A stretch of 63,703 nucleotides of DNA, the filler included, from Lenisia limosa (lineage: Eukaryota; Protista; Breviatea): NCBI GenBank assembly GCA_001655205.1. It is 8 parts of 8 records of this genome, joined end to end, with 100 filler letters (N's around TTAATTAATTAA, not from the genome) between each part and the next. Parts side by side here need not be neighbours in the genome. Positions count along the whole stretch, not along the records: positions 30,668 to 53,728 come from LPNZ01009018.1; positions 53,829 to 55,651 come from LPNZ01002572.1; positions 55,752 to 63,703 come from LPNZ01008728.1; 5 more parts are not named here. One strand, written 5' to 3'. Below, piece after piece: positions 48,701-58,800 of the stretch. Both the position numbers and the translations under genes were made by a program. Under the pieces are notes generated by a model. That model was given only the letters and a program-made list of their open reading frames with translations. It was not told the origin of the DNA and made no database searches. Every line of letters begins with the position of its first letter. Positions within the stretch are counted from its first letter, which is position 1.

Positions 48701-51639
48701 TTTCACCCCTGTATCTGATGTTCTGAGACTCATAAGATGTTAGAAACAGATTCGAGTAAAATACATATAATTCAGAGCAATATCATATTAAAAATATTAC
48801 CGGGAAAAGTCTCGACTGATTTGCTATGTGATTCCCAAGGAAAATCAAGACTTACTCCGGTCACTGTATGTATGTATGGTGGCTGACACTCTAGGGAATT
48901 GTAGTCTTTAGGTATCCTTCCGAATTATTTGAAAGATTACAGAAAAGGCTTCAATCATATCTTCTGTTTGCGAGTTTTGGTTATATAATGATGTTTATTT
49001 GGTCAAATTCATTATAATTAAAACTGATTCAAAATATGTATGTTGTGAGCATGGGTATATTAACCCCATGGTTGTGAGTATGTTTTCACTCTGAAATCGT
49101 AATATTTGACAATTGTGTCAGATCCAAGATCTACTGAGGGGAACTCATACACTATGTATAAAAAGTGACCCACCCGGTGGCTGTTCAATTCCAGTGTATC
49201 CTTTGAATTTTATCATTCAGGGAGCCTCCCTCCCTTGATGACACAGAATGCCCAATTTGTTTTTGTAATGTGACTGAAGCCCGGAAGCTGGATAACTGTT
49301 CTCACCTCTATTGCCGCGAATGCCTCGAGAGTTTAGTAAGCGCGGTTCAATAGTAACGTTTAAAGAGCAATAGTATAGCACAAATATCGACACAACATCA
49401 TTTCAGAGTGGTATATCGATGATGAATTATCAATAATTCTTATTATACTAATATTATTGGTGTTGAAACTATATGATGAATTATCTAATATTATTGGTGT
49501 TGAACGCTCCACTATGTGTAGTGTATTTACATTCCGTAATACCTATCAACCCACCCTGATGTTCAACCCCAGCTTGAAAACAACAACACACCAAAATGCG
49601 CTCATGGCGAATGCGGCATCCTCCTGTCTGTTGACGACATTCTAACGTTTGCATCAGCAAAATCTCAGAAAGCTCTTTTGGAAAGATCCATTAACGTGAG
49701 CTCTGTTGTGAAAGTGATTATAGACATTTTTGCATTTTCAATCCACATTATTTGTCTCTTGAACTCTGCTTGAAAAATAATTGTTAAAATCTCTTTCTAC
49801 TTTTACCACTCAAGACTTTTGTGCGTGAACACACAGCTTTCTTCAAATGTTACGGAAACTGTGACACTGTCTTGTCAGAAAAACAAGGTAGCTTTAGAGT
49901 GATGTCTGAAAGTAAACTAAGCCGGGATTAATCTAATAAACCAAACTCGGCGGATTTACCTGTTCAGTAACTGGCGATAACGTCGAGTGTGACAACTGTT
50001 CCAAGTCCTACTGTGTGGTCTGTAGTGAATCTGCTAAAGCACCTGTGGAAAGTGAGAGGGCCAGTACTTGATTTTACTTTTTTTTTTATCCAATCCTGAA
50101 AATTGTTATGGTTTAGATTGGATTATTGAGAACCTTTTTTCTCATCTCAGCATGCAGCTTATTTCTCATTATATTTAGGCCACCCTGGAACAAGATGCCA
50201 GTCCAATAAGCAGGTTGGACATTTTGAGAGATTTTAAAGGGTGTAATGCTGATGCCTTGTTCTTTTATTTATTAATGCGTTCACTTTGTTTTAATTAATA
50301 TAATACTGTTGTCTTGTTCTTTGATTTGGGGGTAAAATATGTTACCTTCCTTGTCCTGGAAGCTGTATCACATTCATCATGAGTCCAGGTGATGGGTACC
50401 CTCCGCCATATTGAGGAAGAAATCCTCACAAATAGATGCCCCAACCCTGAGTGCAAAATGGCTTGGTTTGATTTTGATGGTGAGGACGGAGGGGAAAGAC
50501 AGAGTAACATTATCATTACCGTGTATTGGCAACAATTATTGCCTGAATACATTTTTCTTGTTGAAAAATCGAAACTATGTTGCCTGAACCCTAATGTATT
50601 TGATTTTGACATATTTACCTCTCACAATCAACAGGTTGTATGGCGTTGAAGTGCGAACAATGCAAAACGGCTTTCTGTGCTGTTTGTATGAAAAATTGCG
50701 GTCAGTTGGTAGGAATATTGCATTTATCATGTGTCTTATTCATAACGACGATTCATATGATTGCTTTACCAAAATCACAGAATTTTTATGGAAAAAACAT
50801 GTGTTAGAAGATTGTAACAAGATGTGTAACTAAATACCACGTTAAGAAGTGATACTGTTACTGAGAAAATAAGACCTCCACAATTATCTTTCGCTCTTCA
50901 GGCTTTCATTGTGGTTCTGAAATGGGACATATTTTACACTCCAGGAAATGATGCCCATGGACACGTCCTCGAGTGTCCTGTTTTGTTGAAGAGAAACCAT
51001 GGAATCAAAGAGTATGCTGGAGGCTTTGTTACCTTGGAGGGGGAGGGTTGAAAGATATCTTATCTTCTGATAGCAACATGTATTCATTGATATTTGTTTC
51101 ACCTACAAATGATATATTTTTCTTCTAAACATTTAGTTATTTCATTGATAAGAGAAGATTCTTTGAAATCCAAATAGCACACAAGACAAGATTAGTGAAG
51201 GTAAGGTTGTTTTACACTGAGGATAACCAAAAGCATCATAATAGTTTCCAATTCCCAATACAAGGGCTCCGTGCAATTAATTTTTGTAATTAATTGCAAA
51301 ATTTGAAGTGAGGCATTTTCCTTTGTTGTTCAAATTTTGACAATTAATTTCTTCAAAAAGTATTGTCTATTCTCCCCCTAGCATGATCATCATACCATAA
51401 TGATCATTGAGGGGTCTTTTTCTATGATTTGTTTATTGGACTGTTCTAGAACTATCTTCGTCAATCGAACCTCTCGACAGATGTCCGCAACAAGGTAGCC
51501 GAAATAGTGAAAGAGGTGAGTAAGGTACACTTCCTCCTCAGCACACTTTGTCGCAAAAGAGAACTTGCAGTTTTTTTTGGACCTTCGAAGGAAGACTCAA
51601 ATTCAGGATACCAGAGAGGATATCGATATCATTCTGTGA
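36772..51639 (+). CDS. CCCH zinc-finger / DEAH-box RNA helicase / KH-like / RBR E3 ubiquitin ligase fusion protein
   Basis: Four C-x5-C-x4-C-x3-H fingers (36772-37365); Walker A GSTGSGKSTQ (39498-39527); ILDEAHERSLEMDLLLG (40309); SAT; GKSFPI; VIDCG; QRMGRTGR (about 42234); RING1 CPICFC...CSHLYCRECL (about 49250); IBR CYGNC...CDNCSKSYCVVC...H; RING2 RCPNPEC...DFDGCMALKCEQCKTAFCAVC; stop TGA 51637-51639. Confidence 0.9.
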
Positions 51640-51952
51640 GGATACAATTCCTATGTTGGCGAACATGGTCTTTTACCAATAAATAATGAACTTTACAACA
51701 CAAGCCTGAAATGAGTTTTATTTCACAATTCAGACGCACGGAGATGTTCTCTTAGTCAACAAGCTTTAGCGTCGAGAGCAATTTTGTTTACTTTATATGA
51801 TATATATATTATTGTTATTGAGCCTCGGTATTACAAAAATAGAGTCGACTGGATCAAAGAAACAGCTCGTATATTGCCTCTCCCCCCTCCCCCCTCCACC
51901 CAGTACAGAAAAGTAAAAAACAGTACATCCCACAACAGCATTGCCCATCGGG

Positions 51953-53359
51953 TTACTTCGTGAAGTCCTATATGGAGTTAGCGGGAAGGAGAAGGGCGGT
52001 ATATAGAACCAACTCGTTACCCCAGGCTTTATTTTATGCCACCACGCACCTTGTTAATGAAGGCCTCGTAGGGGTATGAAATGGCCTTGATCACGCGACC
52101 GCCGAAGAACCGGTTATCCAGCGCGTTGGCAGCCTGGGGGAATAAAATTGGAAAAATTATGAAACAAAAAAGCCCAAATCAAATATGTAACACGCAAGGG
52201 TTGATAACAACAGAACAAGCAAAGCCCAGGCCTGGGGGGTTATCGTTTGAATGGCAAGACAATAAACCCGGCCCACATCAACAGCTGATTCGGGTTTTAC
52301 GAAATGAGCGAAAATTCGAACTTCATCATCAGCCAAATACACTTGGCATCCTGGGGGGGGGGGGGGNNNNNNNNNNNNNNNNNNNNNNNNNNNNNNNNNN
52401 NNNNNNNNNNNNNNNNNNNNNNNNNNNNNNNNNNNNNNNNNNNNNNNNNNNNNNNNNNNNNNNNGAGAGATGGATCATAAAACGTCAATCTATTAGAGAA
52501 AAAACATATATCGATATATATTACCTTGATCATTGACTGCGAAAGTCCCACTCACTCACAACCTTGCCATACTTGGAGCACTCCTCAAACACTTCTCCCT
52601 CCAAATGCTCATCAACTTCATCATGCGTAACCTGGGGGATCAGGGGACGATAGAGAGTCGGAGATAAGTGTCCCCCATATTACTTGTTTATTACTTATCA
52701 TCATACCCACCATGTTAGTCAACATCATACCCACCATGTTAGTCAGCAGAATGACGGGGGAGGGACCGTCCAGCTCATCTGAGCGCTGCAATCTCTTCAT
52801 AAGTGCCAAACGTGCCTGTCCGCCCTAAGGGGGTGAGCAGAGTGAAGGGGGTGAGCAGAGTGAAGGGGTCCCTTTACCAGACCCATACGTGTGATTTCCT
52901 CAGAGACTTTCTCCCTCTTCTACCCTCTATTACAGTTGTTAACCCACATGAAATGAGACAAAATAAAAATCAACAATAAAAATGTGATAAATTTGAATGG
53001 ATAATAGTTTCATTAAATTCCCCCAGCCCACTCTGATGGTCATGTTCTCCTCGAGGTCCAGGGAATCACCAGCAGCCATATTTGCCTGGAGGTTTAGAGC
53101 ATTACTAAAGTGTTTTTAATTGTATTCCTCTGAAGTTGTGCCAAAATGTAGCGCATGCTTGAAGAATAAGGAAAACAAAGAATATATGCTACAATCACCC
53201 AAGTTTCAAAATAAAAAAATGAAAGAAATGAACTGAACTGAACTGAACCCACCTGGGCCACGGCGCGTTCGCCAAGGTCAGCGGCGCCGGATCTTTCGCG
53301 ATGCACACGCTCACTCCTCTCCTCGCCTTCTGGCTCATCCCTATCGCGGTCGCGGCGGT
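51953..53359 (-). CDS. PUF60: PUF60-like splicing factor, C-terminal part with a UHM (RRM3) domain
   Basis: SLDLEENMTIR|GGQARLALMKRLQRSDELDGPSPVILLTNM|VTHDEVDEHLEGEVFEECSKYGKV...VRIFAHF...AANALDNRFFGGRVIKAISYPYEAFINK|DFTK*. RBM39 or SPF45 is a less likely alternative. Confidence 0.75.
52699..52745 (-). repeat. 24-bp tandem duplication spanning a donor site in the UHM coding region
   Basis: TGACTAACATG|GTGGGTATGATG x2. Confidence 0.85.
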
Positions 53360-53584
53360 NNNNNNNNNNNNNNNNNNNNNNNNNNNNNNNNNNNNNNNNN
53401 NNNNNNNNNNNNNNNNNNNNNNNNNNNNNNNNNNNNNNNNNNNNNNNNNNNNNNNNNNNNNNNNNNNNNNNNNNNNNNNNNNNNNNNNNNNNNNNNNNNN
53501 NNNNNNTCCAAACCCCAAAAAAAGCAATAACAAACATGAGTAACACACGTTAAATTGGGCAAAACCAATAACAAAACAGAAAAC

Positions 53585-53728
53585 ACATAATAACATTGGG
53601 GTGGCGGAATAAATGACACATAATAACATGGGGGGTGGCGGAGTAGATGACACATAATAACATTGGGATGGCGGAATAAATGACACATAATAACATGGGG
53701 GGTGGCGGAGTAGATGACACATAATAAC
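53585..53728. repeat. Roughly 33-bp minisatellite at a contig end
   Basis: Unit similar to ATGACACATAATAACAT(T/G)GGGGTGGCGGA(A/G)TA(A/G), four or more copies, no spacers. Confidence 0.9.
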
Positions 53729-53828
53729 NNNNNNNNNNNNNNNNNNNNNNNNNNNNNNNNNNNNNNNNNNNNTTAATTAATTAANNNNNNNNNNNNNNNN
53801 NNNNNNNNNNNNNNNNNNNNNNNNNNNN
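53729..53828. other. Artificial contig spacer
   Basis: N44-TTAATTAATTAA-N44. Confidence 0.97.
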
Positions 53829-54059
53829 ATCCACCGTCCGGCCACCCCGCGTTATGCACTCTCAAGCCTCTTCAAAGACGGCGATGAGGCGCAAAAGCTT
53901 GCGCTGGAGCAAAAATCGTCCACACCCACGTCAAATTCATCCCAATCCACGCCAAAAGTCGCGCAAAATACGGACAAACCCGCGCCAACACTTGCGCCAA
54001 AACCAACGCGACCGCCTATAACTAAAATTCTTAAGCCGCAACCCCAGTTAAAATCACAG
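53829..54059 (+). CDS. Pro-rich exon of an unknown gene
   Basis: PAPTLAPKPTRPPITKILKPQPQLKSQ followed by GTATGT. Confidence 0.3.
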
Positions 54060-54355
54060 GTATGTCACTGAGAACGTCACGTCATCAGGACCAAAATCGT
54101 GAAATTTTTTGATTATTTCTGTTGTTTAAAAAAGTTTCGTTTAAAATGATTTTTAAACAGTTCTAGAGAGTATTTCAGCATTTTTGAGCTTTTTATTCTG
54201 GTGAAAATTGCGTGAAAGTTGACAAAATCCGAGCCAGACATACCTGCTTTACAGTCACAGGTCCCCCCGAAAAACCCGCCGCCGCCGCAATCGTTATCTT
54301 CGGTCTCTCCCCCACCCGTGTTCTGGTCCTCTAATGGTTCTGGGGGATGTATACC

Positions 54356-54436
54356 TTGGGCTTCACTTCGGTTCGGAAAATATCGATAACTTCCGAGGAT
54401 TTATTCAGTCTTTTTTCGAGCCGAATTGAAGCCCTA
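54356..54436 (+). mobile_element. hAT MITE, internally deleted (81 bp)
   Basis: Same TIRs; TSD TGTATACC/TGTATAAT. Confidence 0.85.
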
Positions 54437-55651
54437 TGTATAATGAGAGATTAATATTAGTATTTTACGGGGGGGTGGGCAATTACTAATGCGTATTCTG
54501 GAGAGACACACAGAAAGCTGTGTGCACAGAGTTGTGGCAAATGATTGGGTGAATTATATAATAGTATAATAATAATCCAATATCTTTTTGGCGTGATCGG
54601 TCAGTTTTGTTTCTCATCTCTATAAGCCTTGTTTTTTTTTGTTTCTCATCTCTATAAGCCTTGTTTTATTTCTCATCTCTTTCTCATCTCAATATTATCA
54701 GCGTGGCGGGGGGTTTCCCTCCTTTACTCCTCCTACCCAATTTTTCCCTTTTTTCAGATTTAGGATGTTGTGTTTCATAAATTTTCTAATCATCGTCCCC
54801 CCACCCCCAATATTTTGTCGAAATTTCCTTCGTTTTACGAGTGAATGGATGAGGTGCTGCAGCAGGGGCTGGTTTGTTTTGTTGTTTTCAACCCTCGTGT
54901 GTCCAACAGAGTTGATTTTGGGCTTTTTTTGAAAAAAAAATTGTCCAATTTTAATCCCCTCCTCCCCAGAATCTGCATGCTCATCCCCTTCGCTGCAGTC
55001 TTCTTTATCGTCTGTTCAGGTAGGTTGTGATTTGAGAGACACAAATATATTTTTATGGATATTATGACGATATTACATCACCGTCATAATATCCAAATAA
55101 ATATCCATAAATTTAATATCGATGTAGTAGCTAAATATATTGTCATAGTAGAAGAATATGAGAAATGTGGAGAGAGATTGTAAATGAATTGGAGTGGCGA
55201 CATGAAGGGGTATGGAATTGGAGTGGCGGATGAAGGGGTATCCCCCGTAAATTTTCCAATTTTATCCCCTCCCCCATAGTTGACAGAAGCCCGGCCAGAC
55301 CCATCCCGTCCCGAACCCGTACCCCCTTTAAGTCTCCACACCATGACCGCTCATCGGCCGGCTCCGATTGTTACCCAGTTCTCCCCTTCTTCGGTTTCTT
55401 CTTTTGAGTCTTCTCAGCCGCCGCCTATCTCGTCTATCGGTTGGGGGTCTTTTTTTTGGTTTTTTGAGTTTGCCTCTTCTATTAATTTGCCCATCGCTTC
55501 TATAAATTTGCCCATCTCTTCTATTCATTTGCCCATCTCTTCTCTTAATTTGGGGAGGGTAATGTTCGAGTATATCGATTTGTTGGGAGCTTATTATGGT
55601 TTGGGGTGCTGCAGAAGCTACTATCCTGGGCTTTGTTTGTTTTGTTATCAA

Positions 55652-55751
55652 NNNNNNNNNNNNNNNNNNNNNNNNNNNNNNNNNNNNNNNNNNNNTTAAT
55701 TAATTAANNNNNNNNNNNNNNNNNNNNNNNNNNNNNNNNNNNNNNNNNNNN
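55652..55751. other. Artificial contig spacer
   Basis: N44-TTAATTAATTAA-N44. Confidence 0.97.
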
Positions 55752-55849
55752 CCCCCCAAAGCTACAAAGGCCCCATGCGGACAGGTTATTAGCTTACCAC
55801 ATGCATCTCCCTAACAAATGAAAGATAAAACACAGCCCCCCCTCTCCCA

Positions 55850-58800
55850 CAACAAGCGCCACATAGGCTTCAGGCGGCCGAGCAGTCACAAGCTCCAGTT
55901 CCACTGTGTAACTGTCAGCATCCTCGGTGGCGTTCCAGGAAATGCTGACTCTGGGGGGGGGGNNNNNNNNNNNNNNNNNNNNNNNNNNNNNNNNNNNNNN
56001 NNNNNNNNNNNNNNNNNNNNNNNNNNNNNNNNNNNNNNNNNNNNNNNNNNNNNNNNNNNNAGCTTCTTTCCCTTTTCTTTCCTAAAACAGCAGAAATACA
56101 GAAATGAATTATACCTTCTACATCATTTTATCATAAAAAAATAAATCCACAACAGACTGTGACAAAAAACCACAAACAACTGTGGGGTTATGAAGGAGAT
56201 ATTGGGAAGCTAGCTATCTCACCCCCTCACGATGAGTCATCTTTGGCACTAATAACGGGAACTATAGCGGGGAGATGCCCAGCACAATCCGCTGGTACCA
56301 GGGGCGTGTACGTCAAGGTCGGCGTTACCACTTCTGACAGTGGTGATACAATGTGGACTGGTGTTAACTTGGGGGTTTTATATCGTTTCAATTTTTGTTC
56401 ACTTAATATTCATTATGGCCATCCGAAATAGCCCCTTCGACCATTTTGCTACAAGCTACCCTTATAGAGTTGTGTCAATATTCAATGATTAAATGCCAAC
56501 ACTTGAACTAATTATTCCTCATTACACTCCACATCCGACTCAACCGATTTGAAAACAGCCCCCCCCCCAAAACCCGTGTCATCAGCCTTGAGAATTGCCC
56601 CCGAGCGAATAATTAGCTCAACTCCAGCAGCCACGCATGGCAGGAGAATATTTGGCTTTGCTGGGGGGGGGGNNNNNNNNNNNNNNNNNNNNNNNNNNNN
56701 NNNNNNNNNNNNNNNNNNNNNNNNNNNNNNNNNNNNNNNNNNNNNNNNNNNNNNNNNNNNNNNNNNNNNNNNNNNNNNNNNNNNNNNNNNNNNNNNAAAG
56801 AAAATAAAAAAAAAAAGCCGAGGCATGTCGCATCTGCAGCAGAGGGGTGAGTAAAAATCGAAAACTTTCTGAGAATACCCGCTTTGTGAGATGGAATATT
56901 ACTGGTATGGTAATTTGTTTTGTGGTATCCCTTTCCCTAGATTTTTAATGTAGACTATTTCTCTTGTTCAAAAACAAAGTAACTGTTTTTTTGAGAGGAA
57001 AACAGCCCCTTCCCCTCCTCACGAGAAGCCAGAGTAGAAAATAACAAACCAAACAAAACCCAAGCAAGTCGCTTCTACAGCATCGCACCCCATCATTCCA
57101 AGGTGAGTAAAAGTAGAAAACGTTAAGGAAAAACAAATACGCTTTTGGTCAATGGAACAGAATGTCACTTTGCAAAATACCACTGCTGCACTTCGTTGAC
57201 AACAAAAGACTAAATTCCCAATAAATCCTCGATAAATATCGATATTTTACCCGCCTTATGGAAACGTAGTGGAGCCCTAAACACACAACTAAGGCTTCCC
57301 TACGGTCCGAAAAAGACCGTCAAAATATCGCGGGAAAATTCAATCTTTTTTTGGGACCGTCGGGAAACCCTACACACAACACCCGTCCCACGAGAAGCCA
57401 CAGTCGCAGCTCTAGATTTAGAGAAGGCAGGAGGCGTCGGTAAGTTGTACACTGACACTCCATCAATGAAAAGCTAAAACGGTCAATTAAAAGCTAAAAC
57501 GGACAATGAAAAGCTAAAACGGACAAATTGCCAATGCGAACCTTACCTCCCCCCTCTCTCCCCCTTATATATANNNNNNNNNNNNNNNNNNNNNNNNNNN
57601 NNNNNNNNNNNNNNNNNNNNNNNNNNNNNNNNNNNNNNNNNNNNNNNNNNNNNNNNNNNNNNNNNNNNNNNNNNNNNNNNNNNNNNNNNNNNNNNNNNNN
57701 NNNNNNNNNNNNNNNNNNNNNNNNNNNNNNNNNNNNNNNNNNNNNAAAAACAAAAAACGGGGGGGAAACAGAGCTCATTTGGTTGAACATAATACCAACC
57801 TGGGGGTACGCAAGCATGGGTGTAGGATGATTCGAGAGGAAGTTGGACCTTACTGAGAATATGAGCGGATTGGGACATTTACTATGTTACTCGGCTTCAG
57901 CCAGACACTCACTACTTGTTATATTTCTCATTTCTACATTGTACATACAATAAATATAACTAGTATGTATAATATTACTTGGGAATTCATAAAAAATTGG
58001 CTCATTATTTGAAAACTATTTGTGATTTTTTACTGAGCCAGAAACCTGCAGTGTGATTGGGATTTATAACCTTTTTCACTCAACCTTGGTTGTTCTTATT
58101 ATAATGCCTTTTGTGTTCACTTGAAAAAATAGAGAACAGTGGAAATCAGAGCTCCGTTCAATTAATTGAAAAAATAATTGCCGAATTTGAAGTGCGACAT
58201 ACTGTTATGGAACTCTATTTCAGACACTTTAATTTCTATTGTCAATTAATTTCACCAAAAAAATAAATTGAACGGAAACTAAATGTAGAGTATCAGATGT
58301 AGCAAATTTAGAAATGCAATTAGTTTTAAAATAGATAACTATATCGAGGTATGTATTTAAAGCTTCACTTCGATTCGAAAAAAGACTGAATTTTTGAATA
58401 AATCCTCGTAAACTATCGATGTTTTGCCGGTGTTTTTCAAACCGAAGTGAAGCCCTATATGTATTCAACCAGCTTACGAGAGTTCCATTTTGCTGATCAC
58501 CGTTGAGCCAGTTCGAAACTGAAATAGTGAAAGAAAATCTGCAAAAGAGCTATGTCAAAAAAAATAATGTTATACATACATCATATGTATACTCTACTCA
58601 TCACATAGTATTATGTGTAATTATAGTATAATATGATACATACATGTGTATACTATATGATATATATACTGTATATACGTATGATATATGCATATCATTT
58701 CTAGTATATCATATCATACACTCTGTGCGATATACTATATCGATATGTTGGCTTACATATGAGCGGATCACGTTCTGGTTGCCAGATTGATGCACGGTTG

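Noticed and set aside
53585-53728. CRISPR-like regular repeats (also 5305-5426)
   Set aside because: Head-to-tail units with no unique spacers, eukaryotic context, no cas genes.
58560-58745. TATATCATATGAT-like AT-rich tracts recurring in many introns
   Set aside because: Low-complexity degenerate microsatellite without defined ends or a consensus.
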